In this document: in pieces, positions 25,300-36,933 of the stretch
How positions within the stretch are numbered: the stretch's first letter is position 1
Layout of the letters: every line of letters starts with the position of its first letter
DNA from: Bipalium vagum
Lineage: Eukaryota
Length of the DNA stretch: 36,933 nt
Assembly (NCBI GenBank): GCA_037834085.1
Contig: JBBMKC010184296.1
Span: 1 to 36,933, forward strand
Direction: 5' to 3'
Translations under genes and position numbers: made by a program
The notes under the pieces: model-generated
Told to the model about the DNA's origin: nothing
Databases searched by the model: none
The model's input: only the letters and a program-made list of their open reading frames with translations

Positions 25300-25860
25300 T
25301 GAGATAAATTCACTTAAAAAAAGAATAAGTATAAATAATTATGTCGACCAGTATAAATATTTTTCTTTTGAATTGTTACTGTAATTACTATATTCAAATT
25401 CCAAATATTTTCCTATGTAATTTTAATTTTGTATTGTATTAAAATAATGTAGAAAATATTCTTTTGTATCTTTAAATCCAAATGTACTTGGAAAATCTTT
25501 TAATGAAGATACTGTAAAATTTTTAGAATCAACAAATCTAATATTGAAATACTTAATACGCAAACAAGTTATTTTACTACCAGACATAAATACTATTTTA
25601 CTGGTAATTTGTTTTGAATTAACAAGTCTGATATTAGATGAATACCGTAACCTTTTTATCATGATCTATGAAAGTATATTGTTTAAAATCTTTACAAATA
25701 AAAATTTTTCAAAAAGTACCAAATAAAAAATTGAATCTTCAATTATTATTTCTTTTTGAAATTTAATATTATCTAATATATTATGAGTAAAAATAAATAA
25801 TGCGGATTTTTTAGTAATCAAAGGATGGTAATTTTGAAACAAAAATAATTTATTCAAATC
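25300..25860 (-). pseudogene. Second Polinton-type PolB fragment (exonuclease region)
   Basis: QYTFIDH..KGY, MSGSKITCL..IRFVDSKNF..SLKDFPSTFGFKDTKEYFLHYFNTIQN*NYIG, matching the AHN.KGYD / RFIDS / KGYFPH.FN..NQ.Y.G pattern. Confidence 0.82.
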
Positions 25861-25868
25861 GAGGTGAA

Positions 25869-26130
25869 TCATTCATTTTGAATATCTTCGTACGATTTGA
25901 AGTTCTGCTCAGCAATTCCATGTCTCATTAAACGGAACAGGTGAAGATTGGAAGGAGCAAGATCTGGTGAAAACGGTAGGTGAGTGAGTATTTTCCATTT
26001 CATATCTTTAAACATGCTTTTAACTGCTTTAGACGTGTGATACGTTGCGTTGTCACTTAGAAAAATTAATTTGACATGTTTATTGACCAATTCTGGACGT
26101 TTGATTATTAAAGACTGATTCAGCTGGTCT
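25869..26130 (-). mobile_element. Mariner transposase C-terminal fragment
   Basis: KRPELVNKH..IFLSDNATYH..WKILTHLPFSPDLAPSNLHLFR. Confidence 0.9.
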
Positions 26131-26488
26131 ATTTTTTTTGGTAAAAAGGGAATTGACATTCCCCATTGATAAAGCTGGTCTACGATTGATTGATCGTCTG
26201 ATCAGAATAGTATATAAGGAGATGGAATCCGCAGTGTATTGTTATAAAATTCTCAGAGAGAAATTTTCGTGACCATGAGATATTCAGGATATTCGTCAGA
26301 AGAAGGCTGCAAGATACTCGACCACGAGACATTCGAATACGAAATATTCGATATATTCATCAAAATGTTTTCCGTCATTCTTTATGCCCTCTATGCGACA
26401 GGAGCTCACGACGGGTCCTGTGCTGTTAGGGGGTTTCTGAGCGGACCGGATTGGCCTCAGCAAACCACCCTTTAAACCTATCGTCACA
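26131..26488 (+). mobile_element. Partial LTR-like sequence
   Basis: AATAGTATATAAG TATA box identical to that of the solo LTR, GC-rich hairpins, and an end ..GTCACA followed by AG-TGG. No 5' TG end or TSD found. Confidence 0.4.
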
Positions 26489-27265
26489 AGTGGTTTTTGA
26501 TTTTGTTTATTTTTTTTCTTTTTAAATTAATCCTTACTGACATTTAATTGGTATTGGTATTTAATTATTTGATTTTAATTTAATTGATTATTATTCTTGA
26601 CGCTGATTTTCAGTGTGATATATTGATCATTTGAAACATTTTGATATTGGTTGTTATTGTTATTTTAGCAATAAGGTTTTGTTCATAGTTGTTTGATTCA
26701 TTCATGTGCATACACGTTTAGACAAAAATGAAGGGGTCAGTAAACTTTGCGAGCTAAGTATTACGTTAGTGTTCATAGTGAAATAATAGCGTAATAAATC
26801 CATCCTTTTAATGTTCTAGTAGTAGTAGTTTGACTACATTATTGCTATAAGCCTTATTATTATAAATTATAATCATATTCTATTACAAAGCCTATTCTCA
26901 AGTTATCTTTCTTGTATATATTGATACATTGTTAAAAGTAATATTTATTAGAATAAAATTTTGAATACTTTAAGATATGACATTATGCCATGTAAGTACA
27001 TAGTTAAAGTTAAATTCTACTTAGAAAACAGTACAGCTTATACAAGATTAATTTTTAAAAATAAAAAATTGTCATCATTTTCTTAAAGGTAAAATTATTA
27101 AATTAACAAAAAAGCGAAAAAGATGTAATTAGACTACATTTTACAAAAAAAGTAATATGTATATTAATTTTTCATAAGGTTTTTTCATAAACATTTGTTT
27201 AAATATATTTAGTTAAAATATTTCAATTTGTAAACAAATATCTAAAAATTATTATTTGATATATA

Positions 27266-29420
27266 ATGACTAATGAGGTAATTATGTATTCATGGTAAAA
27301 TTTCATTTGCTTTTATTTCAGTTAGCAGATGCAGAATTAGTTTTGCAAGGTTTAAACATTAAAATATTTAAAAATAAATTATAATCATTATTTAGATAAT
27401 GATGATTTAGATAACATTATTGGTGCTCCACCTGAGGATTTATCCGATGAAGAAATAGTTAACAAAGATATTAAAAATGTTCCTTATAAAAAACTCTCAG
27501 AAAAAAACTCTGCAGGAAGATTGCGTACTAAATAATTTTTGTTCTATTTAATTTATAATTACGTCAATTTTTAGAAATGAGAGTACCAGATGCTCCAGAT
27601 AATTTGATTGAATTGGTTTATCAGAAAAAATGTGTTGATTGTAGTGCCATTCTAACCACAATATGTAGTGCATTAATGCATTACAATAGCGTTAAACATC
27701 AAAATAAAATTGCATTAAAATTTTTGCCACACGGGACTTATAATTTGCCTTTGTCAAAGGAAGAAATACGGGAAATTGAAACAGGTTCCGCCAAAGCAAG
27801 TGAAACAAAAGCTTCTAAAGTACCTTTCAAAGAAATTGTAAAGGTATGAACGTGCGATTGTATAAATTTAATTCTAAAGATTTTTATAATTCTCATTGCT
27901 AAAAGAAGATTTAAAGAAAAATAATATTTTTAAAGTACCCTTTCATCATATTCTTAATCGTATATCAGATTCAAAATGTTTACATGAACCATTATTTGTT
28001 AAAAATTAATTTTGTAAAGTGTTTTAATTGATTTTTAAATTTCATAAAACGTTGATTTTTTTAAATAAATTTATAATTGATATTATTTTTTTGTCAATTA
28101 TTTATTGATAGTTAAAATACAATCATTAACATGAGGTGTGTATTATAATTAAATAAGATTTTCGGATATAGATTTTGAATAATTTTAAGATAATTAATTT
28201 TATTATTATATAAGTAATCCAATTGATATTTAAAACAACCTTTTCTTTAGTTAATTAATCATATTATTAGTACTTGTTAGGAAAGTATTTTTTTATAATC
28301 ATGTTATTAACTAATATCTTTTTAAAATTTTGTTGACATTTTGACTCTTTTAGACCTATATATTAATAAGTGATCAAATATTCTGTTTTTTAAAAAAATA
28401 AAATCATTTGTAAAACTTATGACTAGTTTAAATAGTATTACGACACAAAGTAAAAACTCGAGGAAAGTCACATTTGAGCTTGGTCACAAAGCCTAAAATT
28501 GATGTAAATTTTATTGTTAATTTGGTATTTTTTGTTGATAGAAATATGAAATAGAGGAAGACGTTCGAAAATTGGATTTGCAATTTTGTCGATTGTGTGA
28601 AACACCGTTTTCGTCAAAGGTCGCTGCACTTCAACATTATTCAGGAAAGAAACACAAGAAAAAAGCTGAAAACTGGTCACCCTTCAATCCCGTGCAAGCA
28701 ATCGATACCAAAGACGATCAGAAATGCGACGTTTGTAACGTGATATGTGAATCGGTCATGCACATGGAATCACATCTGGCCGGTCGAAAACACAAAATCA
28801 AAATGAAAGCATATCTGGAACGAATGAACGCCGGTGTTTTTGCACCGCCGATGTCGTCGCGAGGGTTTTGTGATTTTAACAATGTCGAGCGTGAAGAAAT
28901 GAATCCCATTGATCCATCAAGCTTTGTAGTGGAAAAAATTCTTCCAAAGAATTTGGGAGGATCATTTTTGGATAAATTTGAATCGGTGGACGGATTGAGA
29001 AGTTATGCAGCAGGAAGACCGGAAGAAGTAGAAGAAGAGGAGAGATTGAGGGAAGAAAACAATCGTTTCGGGGTTAGGGGTTATTGTGACAGATTTGAGA
29101 ATCCTCACTCTGACATGATGAGACGAGATCATAGATCGATATTTGATGATTACCATGAAGACATTAAGCCTATAGTGCCACCCCCGGTGTCGTCGTTTAC
29201 CCCAAACATGTATTCCCCGGACTTCCAGAGGAGATCATTCAATGAAGTCGCCGATTATGATTATCACGGTACCAATTCTTTGCGCAGACACGGATCATTG
29301 CATGACCCAGAATTCAATTCTCCTTATGCACCAAGATTCACTAATAAAGTTCCATTCAGAAATTCAGTGAAAAGTTTTGGGCCAACAAAATTTAGATATA
29401 ATTCTCATGGACAATTGTAA
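27266..29420 (+). CDS. Matrin/U1-type C2H2 zinc-finger RNA-binding protein (ZMAT3/ZNF385/ZNF346-like), isoform A, 438 aa
   Basis: Exons 27266-27277, 27322-27349, 27396-27524, 27575-27843, 28542-29420; GT-AG and in phase. Three C-x2-C-x12-H-x5-H fingers (CVDC..HYNSVKH, CRLC..HYSGKKH, CDVC..HLAGRKH). The first two micro-exons are less certain. Confidence 0.85.
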
Positions 29421-29967
29421 AATCAATATTTTTCGTTATCGGTTTAACTAATTTGTGTGTTATTAGTAATATAGGTTTTAAACGACGTTTTTATTTTCGG
29501 AAGAATAGATTTTTAAATATTGTTTATTGTTATTAAGGAGTTTGCAGTTTTAAGTGTTCATGACCACAAAAAGAATAGGTTTAAATTAATTGTTCCGGTG
29601 TTTTAAGATGATTCACAGTGATTAGAAAATGTTATCATTGTGAAAAAACTTTTTTGTTTAGTAATAATGTTTGTATATTAATTAAATATGTAGTAATCAG
29701 TTTAAGAATGGTATTCTCTTAATTATTGATCGGTTTTTAAAGAACAATAATATTGAGAAAGAATCTTGTTTTCATTATTAATAAGCGTTATATTTAATTG
29801 ATTTGAAAAAACAATTTCTGAATTTAAAATTGATTTTACAATCTAGAAACACTTGAAAATCTATATTTAAAATTGAGTTTTTGTTTTTTATTGCAACTCA
29901 TTTTTATTTGAATAATTTTTAAAATATTTAATATTTAACGTAGTTTTTGAAAAATTGAGCTAACTTG

Positions 29968-31077
29968 CACCCTTGTGCAAATTAATTGAAACATGGTATG
30001 TTATACATAAAATTTCATATACAAAAACAGTAATAACTATGACCTCTATTTCTAAGCAATATTTGAATATGTTTTAGCATTGAGTTTTGAAAAGTCACTG
30101 ATGATTTTCGGATCCCTACACCAAGCTAGAGTCATTACCGAAATAAGCTTTTTCATTGTCATACAGTCCATAGAATTCCAGTTTGCATATGGGCCATAAA
30201 TTTTCGATCGGATTAAAGTCCGGAGTGTTCCCGGACTGATATGCTTTTCTGTCATAAAATTCTTGAATTTTTCGATGTGTGACAGAGTAAGGTCATCTTG
30301 AAAGGTCCTAGAACCACCAGGAGTCCTCTACAGCTCAGGAAAACTCGTTTTTCTAAGATTTTCAATTTTCTGTTGGTGCTAGACATACAAAACTATGTGG
30401 AAGTTGCAAAAATTCTCTGTAGGTAACATACGAATATGCAAAAAAATATACGTATACAAAAAAATCGCTTTTGTCGCTGAAAAGGAATTTTCTTTTGCCA
30501 AATTCTTTTACTTTTTTGGCCAGTGATACCATTTTACTTTCATTGGTTTGGTTAAAATCTCTTCACAGGTCTACTAGGTTTACGATCAGCTCCGATAAGG
30601 CGTCTGCGAACTTTAGAGGAACTAATTTCAGTTCCTTTCTCCTCTAAATCCATTTTCAAATCATCACTCAATTTGTGGGTATCTTTTTTACTTTGTCGCA
30701 TTAAGGACGATCATTTATTAATGTAATTTTCTTCTTATGACCATACTTTCTTTTGCGTTTTGGAAAAAGCTATTCTGTATCCTATTTGTGATGACACGAC
30801 TGAAAGTTGATAATCTCTATTTCTTTTCTATATATTCTTCTTGTGATTCATATTTGTCACATCCATCTGGAACAACAGTTGACTTTCAACTAATTTACGC
30901 TTTATTCATGATATAATGTTTCCAAGATTTAAAATACCTGGTCAATAAATCATTAAGCTAATCCATTAGTCATAATACAAAACCTGTTATGTATATATTT
31001 CATAATGGCATGGTTTGCTACAGGAAATAGAATTTTTATTGATAAAAATTCTGTTTCACTTAATTTGCAAAAAAAAT
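29968..31077 (-). mobile_element. Tc1 DNA transposon, decayed
   Basis: TIR cores TGCAAATTAATTGAAACA / TGTTTCACTTAATTTGCA; relics KVRRRLI, FSDKSDF, FQDDL and PGNTPDFNPIENLW. Confidence 0.88.
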
Positions 31078-32899
31078 AATTTTAGGTTTAAATAAATGTA
31101 TTTGTAGATCAATTTATGCTCTTTTAAGAAATTACTTTATTGAAAACTTTAAATTTTTTATTGATTTCTAAACGTTTTCTCTTAATTTCAGTTAAAATCT
31201 GATTAAATTATACTTAGATAAAGCTTTTAATGCTAAATATTTTTTCATGTGTAAAATTAAAAAAAATTGAAATTACAAAATATTTATATTCTTAAATTGT
31301 TTCGATAAAAATAATTTAATTAAAAATTTCAGAATATATACTTATTATGGTTTTATTTTAATAAATCAATTTGTGCCATAGCAGTAAGTATTTATTTAAA
31401 ATTTTGGTGACAAAATTATTATTATCAAAAAATTTAAATTTTAACTAGATCAGTTTCTTATTAAACGGTTGAAATATTGTTACTTATTGTCAGTTAAAAA
31501 TGCTATAGTATTTATTATTGACAGATCACTAAGTTATTGGTTAATATTTCAGTAGGTTTAATTCCAGTATTATTTAATTTTGTTTAACTGTACTATTAAG
31601 TCGGTTTTATTTTGACGTGTAATGTTGAAAATTGCAATTGTATTGCTTTTCATTTTGCATAATGCTTTGATTGTCAGCCTGTAATAAGTTTAAAAATTAA
31701 AATTATTCATTAAAAGTGGAAACGAAAAATAAGATCTGGTTAACCAAACTGACCATCGATTGGATTGATCTTCAAATCTAAAAATGTATACACCTTAAAG
31801 TGGAACGAACATTAACTAGGAATGGTAGTCTCAGTCTGAAAAATGAATAAAACGCTTTAAATGAAAGTGTATAAAACACTGAATATGTCGTATTCAATTT
31901 TTTTATTAGTCCAGTTATTACAGAAAGTTGATAATTGACAGGCATATGTAGAGTTTGAGGAATTTTTCAATCGAATTGACAATGAATCAAATCTTACTGT
32001 GTTTGTTATGGTTTTTGTATATGCTAATTGATCAGTAAAAAAACATCCAGTGCAAAAATTATTTAGATATTTAAAAGATTTTTGGTCGGGTTTTAGCAAT
32101 TTATCACTGTTCAAGCCTGTTTAATTTATGTAAATTTTCTTTTTACTCCTGTACCTTGTTCCCTATAGTTTGACAACGGTAAATTTTCTCTACGGACCTG
32201 ATTGAAAGAAGATAACTATTGATTTTCCTCTTAGGTTATCATATCATCATAGAATTTTTAGATTTATATTAAACTAGTTTATGTATAACAGTTTTATTCA
32301 TTGTTAGCTTTAAAGCGAAGAATTGTAATACTTAATTTTTGTGAAAAATAAAACATGTATGTTCTTGCTAGTTCGTATCATTGCTAGAAACTAAAGATGA
32401 TCATTTTGAAAATAAATAAATGTTATATTTGTCTCTTTTCATATAAATAATATTATATCAAAGTTCTTTTGAGTATAAAATTGCAGAATTATATAATTAT
32501 GGGTTATTTGTTTTAAAAGAATTTATTTTTATTGAAATTAGTGATGATAAATAATATAACATATCTTTTGTTTCATTAACATCATTTCTAAAAGGATATG
32601 TCCAATTTTCGTACTCTTCTTGTCAGAGAATAATCTTTAAAACGGATACTTGCATGGAAAAAAGTGTAAATGACAATATTATTTATAAAATTTTCAGACT
32701 ATTTAAATGATTACCTTAACTTAAACGCAATATTTAAAACATGAGCACCGAAAAAATGTGTGAGTTGAAACTTCACGTAGAGAAATACAGATACTTGGAA
32801 GATTAACTTCAATCTGGGTAGCTTTTGTTACCAATAATAACATAGTTTATTGCCTTGTTAGTAAAGAATTTCACGAGTATGAGTGTTGAGATTTATTTT

Positions 32900-33430
32900 T
32901 AAATTTACAAAATTTAAAAACCTTGGATGCTATTTCGGAAATGAAATGCTGAAATGAGGAAATTGGATAGTATTGGTATCGTCATTTCTCTTATGCAATA
33001 AAATAAGGTTTTTGAATTGTGAATGTATTCAATGATGAAGTGTGAATTATTGAACAAATTGCAGTTGTTCTTGAAAAAATTTAATGAAACTCCAGAGCTA
33101 GATACAAAGAATACAAACAAAAGATACATCCAATGAAAATGTTTGTGTATTTGTTGAGAATTCAGGTTAATTATTCATTATGAACATATCAAAAGCAGTA
33201 ATAAGTTAATAAGAGAGAAATAATGTAAGCAGATCATTAGATTGGATTCATTTATACTTCTAAAACTCCGACTTTGATTAATATAAAAGAATAAATAGCC
33301 ACTGTGACAATATCCGGAATGATCAGGCTATTAAATTGCCAAAGCTCTTTTTCAATATGAAATTGAAAAGGTTGTAGATCGATGGAAATCAATTTGTTGA
33401 GAGAAGTGAAGGATATGTAGCTAATTAATA
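32900..33430 (+). mobile_element. Highly degraded mariner-like fragment
   Basis: C-terminal FQYEIEKVVDRWK..EGYV resembles mariner GI.KL..RW..G.Y; upstream WYRHF. Boundaries approximate. Confidence 0.5.
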
Positions 33431-33600
33431 ATTTTTTTATTGAAGTTATCTTTTATATTTTTTCCTTTATAAAATCAAGTTTGGACTTTTATAATGATTC
33501 AATACATAAGTGCAATTGCAAAATATGACTTTGTTAACTTAAAAAATTCATTATGTAAAATTGAATATTCGATGTCATTTGAAGTTATTATTTGTAATAG

Positions 33601-34398
33601 AAATTTGAAATAAAAGAGAACGTGCGAAAATTGAATCTTGAATTTTGTCGACTTTGTGAAATTCCATTTTCGTCTAAAGTTGTAGCATTGCAACATTATT
33701 CGGGGAAGAAGCACAAAAACCAAGCTGAAAACTGGTCTATCTATAATCCAAACAAGCCTGTCGACACTAAAGACAAGTTGAAATGTGACGTGTGCAACAT
33801 TGTTGTTGAGTCTTTTATGCACATGGAGGCTCACTTGTCTGGGAAAAAACATCAATTGAAAATGAAGATCTATCTTGATAGGATTAATGCATGTTCAATC
33901 GCACCGCCCATGTCTTCTCGAGGTTTTTGTGATTTCAACAATGTGGAACGCGAAGAAGCAAATCCTGTTGATCCTTCTAGATATCTTCCAAATCCACCTG
34001 TTATGCCACAAAAAGCTACTCGATCATTTATAGGTCGTTTTGAGCAGAATGATCGTCAGCGATATCCAGACAAATTCATTGAGCCTGATTATGGATTTTC
34101 TAGAAATATGAATTTTGGATATATATCGGAATTTCATGAAGATTATAAACCAACCAGTTCTTTCAATTATACCAATTACTTTCCACCTGATATTAGTAGG
34201 CGATTCAATAGTATGTCGGGCGACACACCTTTGCAATTAAATAATACAGCGTTCAATCCTCATAGAAATGATTCTTTAAGTCGCTCTCAATTGAACTCTC
34301 CATATGCTTCATACTTTGTGGATAAAGTTGCAACAAGATTCCCTGTTCAGAGTTTTGGACCGACTAAATTTAGATATAACAGGAAACAGCTATTATAA
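33601..34398 (+). CDS. Duplicated terminal exon of the zinc-finger gene (putative isoform B, 411 aa if spliced to the 27843 donor)
   Basis: Acceptor TTTGTAATAG at 33591-33600, phase 0, begins KFEIKENVRK (copy A: KYEIEEDVRK). Two intact fingers, open for 265 aa, AATAAA at 34406. Confidence 0.8.
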   Translation, partial: KFEIKENVRKLNLEFCRLCEIPFSSKVVALQHYSGKKHKNQAENWSIYNPNKPVDTKDKLKCDVCNIVVESFMHMEAHLSGKKHQLKMKIYLDRINACSIAPPMSSRGFCDFNNVEREEANPVDPSRYLPNPPVMPQKATRSFIGRFEQNDRQRYPDKFIEPDYGFSRNMNFGYISEFHEDYKPTSSFNYTNYFPPDISRRFNSMSGDTPLQLNNTAFNPHRNDSLSRSQLNSPYASYFVDKVATRFPVQSFGPTKFRYNRKQLL

Positions 34399-36149
34399 AT
34401 ATTTCAATAAAATCGTTCAATATTTTGTGTATGTTCTTAAAATTACATTTACTTAAAATTGTTATTTTTTTTATTCTGAAAAAAATTTTTTTTTCATTAA
34501 TAATTTTTGCATGGTAGGGTAATGTATTAACAAAAAATAAAAATATAAAATATATTTTTATTTATAAATATAATTTTCTTAATAAGTGATCTTTAATTAA
34601 ATAATTTTAGAAAATGTTTGTACTGAAAAGATAACATATATCTTCTGCATAGTTAGTTTCATTTTTTGTCAAAATCCAAAAGAATAATTAAAATAAATTT
34701 ATAAAATATGATTTCAACGATCTCGGAAATTTAGAAAACATTATTTAATTGTTACCATCTAGTAAAGTTTTGATAAAATAAGTCTGATAGGTGTTAAAAG
34801 CTTTCAATGTTGAAACATTTTAATGAAAAATATATTCCAACAAGGTTATAAAAGTATAATAATTCCAAGTGGTTCTTGAACAGCTTGATTGCTTTTTAAA
34901 GCTTCTGGATTTTGCTAAAGATGGTTGAAAAATTGACTGTTAAATTATCATTAAAGAAGAATGATATTGAAACGGTTATACACTTGCAAATTTTTCGTAA
35001 GTTTTTCACCACGTTTTTTATTAACACCATTTATAATAATATCCATATATAATAATAAAAGAATATCTCATCTATTCAGTTCAAGCATATATTCATTCTG
35101 CAGACACTGATAATAATATCAAAGGAATAACACTGAATTTCTTTTAAAAATAGGTAATACTAAGAAGTTTATTAAACAAATAACATTTTTGTAAATTATT
35201 TTGAACTTGATGATTCGGTAAACCCTCGAGAGACAGTGTCGAATACTAAAAATGTGGCCGTTCAATTAGGAGTATTTTATTTGTAAACCCAATATTGTAG
35301 AAAAATGTAATCTTTTAGTACTATTATTAGCCTTTATTACTTCCTTTAGGTTCGTTAATACTTTTAGAACTATTTTCAAATATTATTTATTTTTATATTT
35401 ATTTGAGATTATTTATTAAAAATTTCACACAAATATATTTCAACCATTTCAGTTAATAATAAAAATACATACAGATCAAAATGAAACTGATCTTAATAAA
35501 TAATTAGGAGTTAATAAAATTGAAACTTATCAATTGAATGAATGAAAAACAGAAAGAGTACTAACCGCAGAATCTTATAAACTTATTTTATAAAAAATTA
35601 GAGCAGAGCTTTTGCAAGCTAGAATTGGGTTCACCTAAACTAGATCAGAATTCAGATAATAAAGGATCATTTGTTGAGAACAATAAAAGAAATGAAAAAA
35701 ATGAATTGAAATTGAGTGCAAATAAGAAAATACCCAAAACAATATTGTAAGGAAATATTTTAAGAATTAAATAAAGGAGAATTTTTTATTTAAATAATTA
35801 TATAAATTAGAATAATATATAGTACAAAAAGGTTCACGAGACAATTTTAATTTTTCTTATTTTAAAACGTCAACAAAATTAATAAATAACACCTCAAGAA
35901 AGAACAGACAAATTATTATGTGTACAACTATGACTCCGGTTTTTTTAAAAGGATAATAAAAAATTGTTTGAATATAATAATTATATTGAATTGATTTATA
36001 AACAAAAAAATCATATATTTAATAATATCACGAGACAGTTGTTTGAATATTCCTTGTTTAAATTTATAGTGATTCAAAATGTCATATGATCTATTCTATC
36101 TTTTCATATGATCTATTACTAATTTTTAAAATCTTTTCAAACACTAACT

Positions 36150-36512
36150 AGTGAACTTTATCGATCACAATTAATTCGTTTGAAGCAAGCTTTGAATGAA
36201 AAACGACCGGAATACGTGGCTAGACACGAAAAGATAATTTTACAACATGATAACGCAAGACCACACGTTAATTCAGTTGTAAATAATTACTTAGAAGGTA
36301 CAAAGTGGGAAGTCTTACCTCACCCGTTCTATTCACCAGACACCTCTCCTTCGGATTACCATTTGTTCCGCTCTATGCAATCAGCACTTTTCAGAGAGCG
36401 GTTCAGTTCCTTTGAAGATCTTCAAAATTGGATTGACAGCTGTATTTCATCAAAAGAGCCAGAGTTTTTCTTTCATGCAATTCATTCGTTACCTGAAAGG
36501 TGTGTGAAGACT
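36150..36512 (+). mobile_element. Mariner (DD34D, Mos1-like) transposase C-terminal half
   Basis: YRSQLIRLKQAL.EKRPE..RHEKIILQHDNARPH..WEVLPHPFYSPDTSPSDYHLFRSM; 34 residues between the second and third catalytic D. Confidence 0.93.
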
Positions 36513-36821
36513 TCCAGGCCCTGTTCCAAATTTAGTCTCAAATTCTCGACAAAATAACAATAAATGACAATATAGTAATTATTCTGAAAACATTATAGTG
36601 TTTTAGTGTTTTTTGTTCTTTTATATATTTGTTTTTGTGTTATTTTCAAATATAATTTTTTTATGTAGAGTTAAAATCCGGAGTTTAATTAATTTTTCTT
36701 CCTATCTGTTTAAAATATAAAATTATAGTAAAATAATATATAAAATATAAAAATTTATTATAATTATGATTAATTTTGATGATTAATTTATTAAATATTT
36801 GGAAAAAATGTTTAGTTACTA

Positions 36822-36933
36822 CAGTAGGCGAATTAAGTAAGTTCACCCCCTAAATGTTGACGACTTTTGCTTATATTTCACAAATTAAAGCTTAATTTAT
36901 AAATATTATACGTAAATTTGTTTATCTGCATCA
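36822..36933. mobile_element. Possible Tc1-type terminal inverted repeat at the window edge
   Basis: TA-CAGTAGGCGAATTAAGTAAGTTCACCCCC resembles Tc1-family ends; partner not in the window. Confidence 0.35.

Noticed and set aside
26818-26829. (AGT)4 resembling a Polinton terminus
   Set aside because: No matching inverted end or 6-bp TSD found, and it lies about 440 nt upstream of a host gene start; likely a microsatellite.
31740-32260. Minus-strand ORF 31857-32114 as a nested gene
   Set aside because: No consistent exon chain and only faint transposase-like traces; cannot support a call.
28468-34236. Antisense ORFs overlapping the zinc-finger exons (likewise 7414-7671 over the CYP exons)
   Set aside because: Shadow ORFs of real coding sequence on the opposite strand.

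Overview
Very AT-rich eukaryotic (probably invertebrate animal) genomic DNA with GT-AG introns; the minimal intron class is 44-50 nt. Three host genes can be assembled by hand. (1) An intact 11-exon CYP3-clan cytochrome P450 (2654-11978, +, 512 aa) whose 10 introns sit at human CYP3A4 positions; four of its five large introns hold Tc1/mariner relics. (2) A 3-exon, 97-aa secreted Cys-containing protein (17165-17625, -) that the ORF track misses. (3) A matrin/U1-type C2H2 zinc-finger RNA-binding gene (27266-34398, +) whose last exon is tandemly duplicated; both copies are intact and in phase with the same donor, so they are probably alternative terminal exons. Between the host genes lies a decayed endogenous Polinton/adintovirus-like element (about 18140-22830) with protein-primed PolB, a giant-virus/phage-type HNH endonuclease, a major capsid protein and a packaging ATPase. 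Also present: a second PolB fragment of apparently different type, a solo LTR with a 4-bp TSD nested in a Tc1 element, many Tc1/mariner fragments, and an assembly gap. All calls come from manual reading and motif recognition; no searches were run.
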